Below, one piece after another: positions 21,430 to 29,835 of a DNA stretch of 64,000 bases. This DNA is from Candidatus Rifleibacterium amylolyticum (GTDB lineage Bacteria; Muiribacteriota; Ozemobacteria; Ozemobacterales; Ozemobacteraceae): positions 50,959 to 114,958 of the forward strand of contig JAACJG010000014.1 of assembly GCA_009917695.1 (NCBI GenBank), in the 5' to 3' direction. The position numbers and the translations under genes are program-made. Position 1 is the stretch's first letter, and each line of letters begins with the position of its first letter. The notes under the pieces are model-generated. The model searched no databases, had not been told where the DNA came from, and saw only the letters and a list, made by a program, of their open reading frames with translations.

Positions 21430-21755
21430 GTAAAGATTCAGTCTTAGTTGGGATTGCCTATATTGCGTAGATTTATAGCAACAAGCTATGCCTTGTTACC
21501 CGTGCTCTCGACAGGGTTAGGCAGCTCTTACGGCTTCAGCCGTTAGAGATGCGTATGCAAAGCCTCAACGCTACAACTCTCACCAGACGCAATTTATGGT
21601 ATAGCTATGGCTTTGTGTCAATATTGCCTGGCTCGGCCGAGCTGCTCTATCCTGCGCAGCTCGGCATAAGCACCTCCCTGTGCAAAAAGTTTTCGCTTAT
21701 GAGATCCCTGTCTGCGCACTCACAATAATGATTCCACTCATAACTGAATCTTTAC
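21430..21755 (-). mobile_element. Non-autonomous IS66-type miniature element (MITE), 326 bp
   Basis: Perfect 13-bp TIRs GTAAAGATTCAGT (21430-42) / ACTGAATCTTTAC (21743-55); 8-bp direct repeat AACTTTGC on both flanks (21422-29, 21756-63); GTAA ends and 8-bp TSD are IS66 traits; no transposase. Confidence 0.85.
21462..21593 (-). ncRNA. Candidate structured RNA inside the MITE (unknown family)
   Basis: Ends pair (ATTGCGT/ACGCAAT); inner stems need G-U pairs that work only on the minus strand; hairpins with UGAA and GAGA loops. Confidence 0.4.
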
Positions 21756-21829
21756 AACTTTGCCTAAGCTGCTGCGAAATGCTTTCGCCGACTGCATCGA
21801 TGCCACAAATTGGCGCCACATCCCTCGCG

Positions 21830-22110
21830 CTCCTAATCGTTGACGTTGTCGTAATCGTAATCGTGATCGTTGTCGTTGTCGAAATAGCTCTAACAGACTC
21901 TCGCTATGCATGTTATCTCGTTTTCTCAACACATAACCACGGTTCATTACAGACAAAAGCGCGTTGATTTTTGTTAAACCAGAAGCTTCGGCCATCAGTC
22001 AGGATGCTTTTTTTTGCTGACAGAAGGCCAACCCTGGCAGCATCTGGATAGATGCTGCCGGGCACTCCAGCGGTTGGCTCAGAGCCAGCCTTTGCCTTCG
22101 GCAAACCGCT
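21830..22110 (-). pseudogene. Possible decayed four-helix-bundle protein gene with CGATTA/CGACAA hexamer tail
   Basis: Fragments AEGKG, LEC and LTKINALLSVMNRGYVLR in different frames, followed by acgatcacgattacgattacgacaacg repeats. Confidence 0.3.
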
Positions 22111-22264
22111 TCGCTCACAGCTTACGAAAAAGCAAATCCGTTTTTTGCAGGATGCAATTATGCCAGATCGCATCAGGACAGAAGCGATCTGGCCTTCAGG
22201 CCTCATGCCAAAATTCAATGCACTTTAAATATAATTCACAACATAAAAATACATTTAAACATAG

Positions 22265-22374
22265 CTGCGAAATTTTTCACAAAACTTCTTGACGTTTTCA
22301 AAGTCGCTGGTTATACTAAGTTTAGAAATCGAGAAAAATTTATCGATAAAAAATTATTGATAAAAAATTCTCAA
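22265..22374 (+). promoter_or_regulatory. sigma70 promoter of rex-hydCBA with Rex-like operators
   Basis: TTGACG(22289)-17 bp-TATACT(22312); CTGCGAAATTTTTCACAA at 22265-82; three overlapping 18-bp imperfect palindromes at 22329, 22343, 22357. Confidence 0.75.
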
Positions 22375-22538
22375 AGTTTAAAAAATTGATACGCAAACAA
22401 AGAAAGCGCAGAAAGGAGACAAGGAAATGACAGAAGTTGAAAACAGCATCATACAGGTTCTTCTGACAGTGTTTTGGCACCATACCTTTTTGCAACAGCC
22501 ACAGCTGATTCTGATAAACAACAGGAGGGGCCGATATT

Positions 22539-23210
22539 ATGAAAGGCAAGCCTGATTACAATATTCCGGAACCGACTCTGCGCCGCCTGCCACGCTACTA
22601 CAACTACCTCAAGGCGCTGCTCAACCGTGGTCGAGAAGTTGTTTCCTGCACCCACATCGGCAAAGATCTCGAACTCGATCCGCCACAGATTCGCAAAGAC
22701 CTTGCCTATACAGGAATCCGCGGCCTTCCCAAAGTCGGCTACCAGGTCGAAGAGCTGATCAAAAGCATCGAAGACTTCTTCGGCTGGAACAACATCGACG
22801 AAGCATTTCTGGTTGGAGTCGGCAATATGGGACGCGCACTCATCGACTACAAAGGCTTTTCCCGCTACGGTTTCAAGATCATTGCCGCTTTCGACAATGA
22901 CAGCGAAGTGATCGGCAAAACTTTCAACGGCATCGAAGTGCTGGCGCTCAACAAACTTACCAGTCTGTGCAAGCGCATGAATGTACACATCGGAGTCATC
23001 GCGACGCCCGACCATGCGGCGCAGGAAGTCGCCGACATGATGATAGCCGGCGGCATAATCGGAATCTGGAACTTTGCGCCCGCAGAAATACGGACGCCGG
23101 AAGGGGTAATAGTGCAGAACGAAAACCTTGCAGCAGGTCTTTCTGTGCTCTGCAAGAAGCTGCAGATGCTCAAACAGTCAGGGAAAATCAGACAGGAGGT
23201 CATAGAATGA
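22539..23210 (+). CDS. rex: Redox-sensing transcriptional repressor Rex
   Basis: IPEPTLRRLPRY, QIRKDL, GY, VGVGNMG, IWNFAP. Confidence 0.95.
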   Translation: MKGKPDYNIPEPTLRRLPRYYNYLKALLNRGREVVSCTHIGKDLELDPPQIRKDLAYTGIRGLPKVGYQVEELIKSIEDFFGWNNIDEAFLVGVGNMGRALIDYKGFSRYGFKIIAAFDNDSEVIGKTFNGIEVLALNKLTSLCKRMNVHIGVIATPDHAAQEVADMMIAGGIIGIWNFAPAEIRTPEGVIVQNENLAAGLSVLCKKLQMLKQSGKIRQEVIE

Positions 23211-23707
23211 CGAGTCAGCCACACACCGTGATGAGAAAGTTCGAAAAAGTCTGCGAAATCATCGAAAAACACAATAACGACTGTTCAAAGTTGATACCGA
23301 TCCTGCAGGCAGTCCAGGAAGAATACCGCTACCTGCCCGAAGACGTCATCTGCTATGTAGCGACCGCGCTCGGCATTCCCTCGTCGCAGGTTTACGGCGT
23401 CGCTACCTTCTACTCGCATTTCGCGCTCAAGCCCAAAGGCAAATACGTTATCAAGATCTGCGACGGCACCGCCTGCCACGTAAAAAAATCGATTCCCATT
23501 CTCGAAGCCCTGCTCAAAAAGCTCACGCTGACACCTGACAACATGACCACCAGCGACATGCTGTTCACTGTTGAAACCGTCTCTTGCCTTGGTGCCTGCG
23601 GCCTGGCACCGGTTCTGGTAATCAACGAAGAAGTTCATGGCCTGATGACACCCGAATCCACAGCCGCACTCATCGATCAGATCATCGCCCGGGAGGAAGC
23701 AAAATGA
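23207..23707 (+). CDS. hydC: [FeFe]-hydrogenase NuoE-like [2Fe-2S] subunit
   Basis: GVATFYSHF, CDGTAC, CLGACGLAP; AGGAGG RBS. Confidence 0.92.
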   Translation: MTSQPHTVMRKFEKVCEIIEKHNNDCSKLIPILQAVQEEYRYLPEDVICYVATALGIPSSQVYGVATFYSHFALKPKGKYVIKICDGTACHVKKSIPILEALLKKLTLTPDNMTTSDMLFTVETVSCLGACGLAPVLVINEEVHGLMTPESTAALIDQIIAREEAK

Positions 23708-25593
23708 ACAACGACAAACTCAACCTGAAACAGATCGCAGAACACTTTCGCAATAATTCGGAAGAGCGCCGCGTCATCGTCTGCGCCGGCACCGCCTGCG
23801 TTGCCAATGGAGCCCTTGCCGTCATCGATGCTCTTGTGAAAAAAATCACTTCGGCGGGTATCAATGTTAAGGTCGAAGCGCACGAAGAAGGCAAACGCGA
23901 CCTGCGCGTCTCGAAAAGCGGCTGCCACGGCTTCTGCCAGATGGGTCCGCTGGTTACGATAATGCCCGATAACATTCTCTACACCAGAGTCAATGCTGCT
24001 GACGCCGACGAAATCGTTGAGAAAACACTGATGAAGGGTGAGATCATCGATCGCCTGCTCTTCGTCGAACCGGCAAGCGGCAAACACGCGAAAGGCAGCG
24101 ACGAAATCACTTTTTACAATCGCCAGAAACGAACTGTACTCAGAGAATGCGGTCACATCGACCCTGAAGACATAGACGAATACATCGCTCATAATGGCTA
24201 TGAAGGCGCCAGAATCGCCTGTGTCGAGATGAAGCCGGAAACCGTATGCGAAGAAGTCATGACCGCCCTGCTGCGGGGAAGAGGCGGCGGTGGCTTTCCG
24301 ACCGGGCGCAAGTGGAAGCTGACGCTCGATCAGCCTGGTGCAAAAAAATATGTCATCTGTAACGCCGACGAAGGCGACCCTGGCGCTTTTATGGATAGAA
24401 GCGTCATGGAAGGCAATCCGCATTCAGTAATCGAAGGCATGATGATCGCCGCCCGCGCCATTGGCGCTGATGAAGGCGTCATTTACTGCCGCGCCGAATA
24501 CCCGCTGGCAGTAAAACGCATGCGCAAGGCCATCGAAGACGCCCGCAAGCTTGGAATTCTCGGCAAAAACATCTTCGCCAGCGGCTTCAACTTCGATGTC
24601 AACGTTATGGAAGGCGCCGGAGCCTTCGTCTGCGGCGAAGAAACTACCCTCATCGCTTCGGTAGAAGGCAAGCGCGGCATGCCAAGCCCCAAACCGCCTT
24701 TCCCGGCCGAAAGCGGTCTGTTCGGCAAACCTACCGTTATCAACAACGTCGAAACGCTGGCCTGTGTGCCGCTGATCATTCGTAATGGCGCGCAGTGGTT
24801 CAGGTCGCAGGGCACAGCCAAATCACCCGGCACCAAGACGTTCGCCCTGACCGGCCATGTCGCCAACACCGGCTTGATCGAAGTTCCGTTCGGAACGCCA
24901 TTGCGCGAGATCATCTTCAACATTGGCGGCGGTATCACCGACGACCGCAGCAAACCGATGCCTGATGGCTTCAAGGCCGTGCAGATCGGCGGGCCATCCG
25001 GTGGTTGTCTGATCGATGAACACCTCGATCTGCCGCTCGACTTTGATTCACTGCTCGACAAGGGCGCCATGGTTGGTTCCGGCGGGCTGGTGGTGATGAA
25101 CAAGAGCACCTGTATGGTCTCGATCGCCCGCTTCTTCATGCAGTTCACCCAAAACGAGTCATGCGGCAAGTGCGTGCTCTGCCGAGAAGGCACCCGCCAG
25201 ATGCTGAGCATGCTCGACGAGATAATGGCCGGCAACGCCGACGAAAGCACTCTGGTCAATCTCGAAAAACTGGCGCACGCAGTTGCACGCGGCTCGCTGT
25301 GCGGTCTCGGCAAAACGGCGCCAAACCCGGTTCTTTCGACTCTGCGCTATTTCAGAGCGGAATACGAAGCACACGTTTTTCAGAAGCGCTGCCCGGCCGG
25401 CCAGTGCAAGGCTCTGGCGACTCCTGAGATCAACCCGGAACTCTGCAAAGGCTGCACCATATGTGCCAAAAAGTGCCCGGTTGGCGCGATCAGCGGCGAA
25501 GTCAAAAAGCCGCACGTCATCGATATTGAAAAGTGTATCAAATGCGGAGCCTGTGCCGCCGCCTGCAAATTCAACGCTATCACGGGGGTGTGA
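23704..25593 (+). CDS. hydB: [FeFe]-hydrogenase NuoF-like NADH/FMN-binding subunit
   Basis: GRGGGGFPTG, CNADEGDPG, GAFVCGEET, ESCGKCVLCREG, C-terminal 2x[4Fe-4S]. Confidence 0.95.
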   Translation: MNNDKLNLKQIAEHFRNNSEERRVIVCAGTACVANGALAVIDALVKKITSAGINVKVEAHEEGKRDLRVSKSGCHGFCQMGPLVTIMPDNILYTRVNAADADEIVEKTLMKGEIIDRLLFVEPASGKHAKGSDEITFYNRQKRTVLRECGHIDPEDIDEYIAHNGYEGARIACVEMKPETVCEEVMTALLRGRGGGGFPTGRKWKLTLDQPGAKKYVICNADEGDPGAFMDRSVMEGNPHSVIEGMMIAARAIGADEGVIYCRAEYPLAVKRMRKAIEDARKLGILGKNIFASGFNFDVNVMEGAGAFVCGEETTLIASVEGKRGMPSPKPPFPAESGLFGKPTVINNVETLACVPLIIRNGAQWFRSQGTAKSPGTKTFALTGHVANTGLIEVPFGTPLREIIFNIGGGITDDRSKPMPDGFKAVQIGGPSGGCLIDEHLDLPLDFDSLLDKGAMVGSGGLVVMNKSTCMVSIARFFMQFTQNESCGKCVLCREGTRQMLSMLDEIMAGNADESTLVNLEKLAHAVARGSLCGLGKTAPNPVLSTLRYFRAEYEAHVFQKRCPAGQCKALATPEINPELCKGCTICAKKCPVGAISGEVKKPHVIDIEKCIKCGACAAACKFNAITGV

Positions 25594-25595
25594 CC

Positions 25596-27629
25596 ATGAA
25601 TGACATCGAAAAAAACACAATGATCATCAACGGCAACGAAGTCGAAATCGGCGATGAACGCAACCTGCTCGAGCTCATCAGAAAAACCGGCATCGAGATT
25701 CCGACCTTCTGTTATCACTCAGAACTCAGTATTTATGGGGCCTGTCGCCTCTGCCTCGTCGAAATCGAGGGGCGCGGCCTGCACGCTTCCTGCTCGATCA
25801 AACCGGCTCCCGGCATGGTCGTCAGAACCGCCACCGAAGAAATCAGAGAAATCCGCAAAATTTCGGTCGAACTGCTGCTCGCCAACCACAAGGTTGAGTG
25901 CCCGACCTGCCCGAAAAGCTCGACCTGCAAACTCGAAGACCTCGCGCGCCGGCTCGGCATCACCGAAGTGCGCTTCAAAAAGACCAATATCGACCAGCCC
26001 AAAGACTTCTCGTCTGACTCACTTATTCGCGACCCCAACAAATGCGTGCTGTGCGGCGACTGCGTGCGCTACTGCCGTGAAATTCAGGGAATCGGCGCCA
26101 TCGACTTCGCACATCGCGGCAAAAATACGGTTGTCTCACCAGCCTTTGGCAAGGAACTGGCCAAAGTAGAATGCGTCAACTGCGGTCAGTGCGCTGCTGT
26201 CTGCCCGGTCGGCGCCATCACCATCAAACCCGAAATCGACCAGGTTTTCAAGGTTCTCGATAATCGCAAAAAAATGGTTATCACCCAGATTGCACCGGCA
26301 GTGCGGGTTGCGCTCGGCGAAAAATTTGGCATGACTGCCGGCGACGTCATTACCGGCAAGATCACCGCCGCCCTCAAGCGCATGGGCTTCGCCAAAGTTT
26401 TCGATACCTCGTTCTCAGCTGACCTGACCGTTATCGAAGAAGGCACCGAGTTTTTGAACCGCTTTGCTAAAGGCGAAAAGCTGCCGCAGTTCACTTCCTG
26501 CTGCCCCGGCTGGGTTAAGTTCGCCGAACAGTATTTTCCTGAAATACTGCCGCGGCTCTCTTCCTGCAAATCACCACAGCAGATGTTCGGCTCGCTCGCA
26601 CGCGAAACATTGCCGGCTCTCTACGGCGTAAAACCTGAAGACCTTGTCATTGTTTCGATCATGCCCTGCACGGCTAAAAAGTTCGAGGCCCGCCGCCCTG
26701 AATTCGCACACGAAGGCCTGCGCGATGTCGACTTCGTTCTGACCACTCAGGAACTCAGCACAATGATCGAAGCCAGCGGCATACGATTCGCCGAACTCGA
26801 ACCTGAATCACTCGATCTGCCGCTCGGCTTCAAAACCGGCGCCGGCGTTATCTTCGGCGCCAGTGGCGGAGTTACCGAAGCAGTTCTGCGTTTCGCTGCT
26901 GAAAAGGTGACCGGCCGCAAGCTCGAAAACGTCGATTTCCATGCCGTTCGCGGTGACGCCGGTCTGCGCGAAGCCACCATCGACCTCGACGGCAAAACAG
27001 TGCGCCTGGCTGTAGTGCATGGTCTCAAAAATGCCCGCCGTATCGCCGAAGAAGTCAAGGCTGGCAGATGCAACTACGACATCATCGAAGTCATGGCCTG
27101 TCCGGGCGGCTGCGTCGGTGGCGCCGGTCAGCCGGTTGCCTTCAACAACGGAACCATTCGCAAGCGGGCCAAAGGCCTCTACGAAGCCGACAAGATGCTG
27201 CAGCTCCATAAATCCCAGGAAAATCCCTACGTCATCGAGACCTACGAAAAGATTCTCGGCGATGTCGGCGGCGCAAAAGCCCATCACCTGCTGCACACCC
27301 GCTATCAGTCGCGCCGACGCATCACCGAGAAAGGCATGCCCCTTCTCACCGGCGAAGCCGGCGACAAGCTGTCGATCAAGGTCTGCGTCGGCACCAACTG
27401 CTACGTCAAAGGCTCGCAGAATATCCTCAAAGCGCTCACCCGCGAGATCGAAAAGCGCGGCCTGAGCAATGAAGTCGATATTCAGGCGACCTTCTGCTTC
27501 GAAAAATGTGGAGAAGCGCCGAATGTGATGATCGGCGATCAGTTGATCAGCCGCTGCACCGTCGAAAAAGCCTGCGCCGCCCTCGACGCCGCACTCGGCA
27601 CCCGCCAGAAAGTCACTGTAACTGCTTAG
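25596..27629 (+). CDS. hydA: [FeFe]-hydrogenase catalytic subunit (group A3-type) with C-terminal thioredoxin-like [2Fe-2S] domain
   Basis: H-cluster motifs TSCCPGW, MPCTAKKFE, EVMACPGGCVGGAG; N-terminal Fe-S motifs; CVGTNC...CFEKC. Confidence 0.96.
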   Translation: MNDIEKNTMIINGNEVEIGDERNLLELIRKTGIEIPTFCYHSELSIYGACRLCLVEIEGRGLHASCSIKPAPGMVVRTATEEIREIRKISVELLLANHKVECPTCPKSSTCKLEDLARRLGITEVRFKKTNIDQPKDFSSDSLIRDPNKCVLCGDCVRYCREIQGIGAIDFAHRGKNTVVSPAFGKELAKVECVNCGQCAAVCPVGAITIKPEIDQVFKVLDNRKKMVITQIAPAVRVALGEKFGMTAGDVITGKITAALKRMGFAKVFDTSFSADLTVIEEGTEFLNRFAKGEKLPQFTSCCPGWVKFAEQYFPEILPRLSSCKSPQQMFGSLARETLPALYGVKPEDLVIVSIMPCTAKKFEARRPEFAHEGLRDVDFVLTTQELSTMIEASGIRFAELEPESLDLPLGFKTGAGVIFGASGGVTEAVLRFAAEKVTGRKLENVDFHAVRGDAGLREATIDLDGKTVRLAVVHGLKNARRIAEEVKAGRCNYDIIEVMACPGGCVGGAGQPVAFNNGTIRKRAKGLYEADKMLQLHKSQENPYVIETYEKILGDVGGAKAHHLLHTRYQSRRRITEKGMPLLTGEAGDKLSIKVCVGTNCYVKGSQNILKALTREIEKRGLSNEVDIQATFCFEKCGEAPNVMIGDQLISRCTVEKACAALDAALGTRQKVTVTA

Positions 27630-27658
27630 TTTGCTAATGTACTACCACTCTCTCTTTT

Positions 27659-27744
27659 GTCGCACGTTCGCTGCCGGGGCTGTTCGCACCTCTCCAGACA
27701 CAACCCCTCCTTCAAGGTCCCGGCAGCACGTGCCGACTTTTTTT
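27659..27744 (+). terminator. Long-stem terminator with large C-rich loop after hydA
   Basis: GTCGCACGT..GCTGCCGGGGC / GTCCCGGCAGCACGTGC.GAC followed by T7. Confidence 0.7.
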
Positions 27745-27767
27745 GAGATACAGAATCTCATTGGAGT

Positions 27768-27912
27768 AGAAAAAATTGGTATTAAATGTAATCACTTCTG
27801 TAAGGGCGCAGGCGGGTTTCTCATGAGCGGAAACTTCGAGCCAGGCAGCTTTGACGCAAAGCCATAGCTTAACAAAATCAGCCGCCGCCTGGGGAGAGTT
27901 GCAGCGAATGAG
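27768..27912 (+). repeat. Decayed partial copy of the 21.4-21.8 kb MITE
   Basis: Aligns to the reverse complement of about 21755-21560; shared blocks GCGCAG, TCTCATrAGCG.AAACTT, CGAGCCAGGCA, TTGACrCAAAGCCATAGCT, CTGG.GAGAGTTGyAGCG. Confidence 0.75.
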
Positions 27913-27914
27913 AT

Positions 27915-28058
27915 TCCGCCGAGAGCCCGAATACAGAAACGAAACAAGTAGCCAAATACAAGGTAAAATAATGATACAATTTCGCTAATGGTTTCAGAGG
28001 CAAACGCGGTAAAGCTGTAACATTGAGATCCTTAAATAATCCGCCGAGAGCCCGAATA
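27915..28058 (+). repeat. 19-bp direct repeat flanking a 106-bp AT-rich segment
   Basis: TCCGCCGAGAGCCCGAATA at 27915-33 and 28040-58. Confidence 0.85.
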
Positions 28059-28121
28059 ACCAATGTTCACATCGAGCAAGGCGAAGGCTGGTTCTGATGA
28101 ATAAACCGGGGGGCGAAATGC

Positions 28122-28367
28122 ATGGCTAAGAAGTTCAAGATCACGATCTGTTCTGGCACAACCTGTTATGTGCTCGGGGGCGCGCACCTGATGATGCTCG
28201 CCGAATCGCTGCCCGCCGACCTCAAAGATCAGGTCGAAATAATCGATTCCAACTGCATCAAGGCCTGCCAGTTTGAAAACGCGCAACCGCCTTTCGTGCA
28301 AATCAACGACTATCTGATGTCACAGGCTTCTGTGGCCAAAGTCGTCGAATATCTGCGAAAACACTGA
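28122..28367 (+). CDS. Small thioredoxin-like [2Fe-2S] ferredoxin (HfsA-like)
   Basis: ICSGTTCY...CIKAC...PPFVQIN. Confidence 0.85.
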   Translation: MAKKFKITICSGTTCYVLGGAHLMMLAESLPADLKDQVEIIDSNCIKACQFENAQPPFVQINDYLMSQASVAKVVEYLRKH

Positions 28368-28380
28368 GGCAAGACACAAC

Positions 28381-29835
28381 ATGGCAATGAATTACATCAA
28401 CAACGCTTCACTGCTCAAACGCCAGCTCGTCGTCCGCTTTGCCCGCCTCATGTTCACCGGCGAACTCAAAAACAAAATCGATCTGCTGCCGCTGCATCAG
28501 GCGCCGCGTAATTCCGAAGCGGTAAGATGCTGCCTTCATCATGACCGCGCTGTCATCAGATACCGTCTTATCGCTCTGCTCGGCTTTGCCATCGAGAATG
28601 AGAAACCCGATGACGAGGCCCGAACTCTGGCCAGTTATGTGGAAGAAGCCGAAGCGAGAGGTGCCGGGCGAATGGCCGGAAGTGCGCTGACCGTTATCGA
28701 CGAGGCCTGCAGCGCCTGCATTCGCGCGAATTACCGGGTAACCAACGCCTGCCGCGGCTGCGTTGCGCGCCCCTGCATGATGAACTGCCCGAAAAACTGC
28801 ATCTCTTTCGAAAACGGCCAGGCCCATATCGACGAGAAGGTCTGCATCAGCTGCGGCATCTGTGCGAAAGTCTGTCCCTACCATTCGATCGTGTTCCAGC
28901 CGATACCCTGCGAGCAGGCCTGCCCGGTCAATGCGATCGTTCAGGATAAAAACGGCAAGCAGGATATCCTCGCCGACAAGTGCATCAACTGCGGCAAATG
29001 CCTGCAAGCCTGCCCGTTCGGCGCCATCATGGAACGATCGGAAATCTACGAGATCCTGCGCGCAATCACTAACCCGGCCGAAGCCACGGTAGCACTTATC
29101 GCACCTTCTATCGTCGGCCAGTTCAATACCAGCCTCGGCAAACTCGTCACCGCTCTGCGCAAACTCGGCTTCGACCATGTCGTCGAAGTCGCCTGGGGCG
29201 CCGATCTCGCTGCGCAGAAAGAAACCGCTGAGCTGATCGAACGCCTCGAACACGGCCAGACCTGCATGACCTCGTCATGTTGCCCGGCTTACGTCGAAGC
29301 GGTTAAGAAGCATATTACCAATATCAAGCCCCTGGTTTCCGATACTTTGAGCCCGATGCAGTATGCCGGTGAATGGGCCGGCCAGCAATGGCCTGGCGCG
29401 CGCCGCGTCTTCGTCGGTCCCTGTATCGCCAAACGTGCTGAAGCTAAAGCCTCACCTCATATCGAAAATACACTGACCTACGAAGAACTCGGTTCGATAT
29501 TCATCGCCGCCGGCGTTGATGTAGCCGAATGCGAAGAGAGCCGCGCCGATCTCGAAGCTACCAGCGTCGGCCGCAAATTCGCAGTATCCGGTGGCGTCAG
29601 CACTGCCATCAAAAATGCCGCATCAGCCGCTGGCCACAATGTTACCGACAAAGTCATCGACGGGCTCGACAGCAAATCACTCGCCATACTCAAAGCCATC
29701 GACAAGATCGTCAAAAGCGATACCTTCGTCGAAGTCATGTCATGTGAAGGCGGCTGCGTCAACGGCCCCGGCGTCATCAGCAACCCGGCCGTCGCCCGCC
29801 GCTTTCTCGAAAAGATGCTGCAGGAACACCCATGA
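28381..29835 (+). CDS. Monomeric [FeFe]-hydrogenase (group B-like) with ferredoxin domains
   Basis: TSSCCPAY, GPCIAKRAE, EVMSCEGGCVNGPG; several CxxCxxCxxxC motifs. Confidence 0.88.
   Translation: MAMNYINNASLLKRQLVVRFARLMFTGELKNKIDLLPLHQAPRNSEAVRCCLHHDRAVIRYRLIALLGFAIENEKPDDEARTLASYVEEAEARGAGRMAGSALTVIDEACSACIRANYRVTNACRGCVARPCMMNCPKNCISFENGQAHIDEKVCISCGICAKVCPYHSIVFQPIPCEQACPVNAIVQDKNGKQDILADKCINCGKCLQACPFGAIMERSEIYEILRAITNPAEATVALIAPSIVGQFNTSLGKLVTALRKLGFDHVVEVAWGADLAAQKETAELIERLEHGQTCMTSSCCPAYVEAVKKHITNIKPLVSDTLSPMQYAGEWAGQQWPGARRVFVGPCIAKRAEAKASPHIENTLTYEELGSIFIAAGVDVAECEESRADLEATSVGRKFAVSGGVSTAIKNAASAAGHNVTDKVIDGLDSKSLAILKAIDKIVKSDTFVEVMSCEGGCVNGPGVISNPAVARRFLEKMLQEHP

Noticed and set aside
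21462-21593. 6S RNA, SRP RNA or tRNA identity for the structured segment
   Set aside because: No central-bubble rod, no SRP GGAA/GCAG motif, no T-loop or CCA; it lies inside a TIR-bounded element
27837-27905. c-di-GMP-I riboswitch (GGCA...GACGCAAAGCC resemblance)
   Set aside because: The GNRA-capped hairpin between GGCAAA and GACGCAAA is missing, and the segment is explained as MITE homology
27915-28058. CRISPR array
   Set aside because: Only two 19-bp repeats, a 106-bp spacer, and no cas genes in the window
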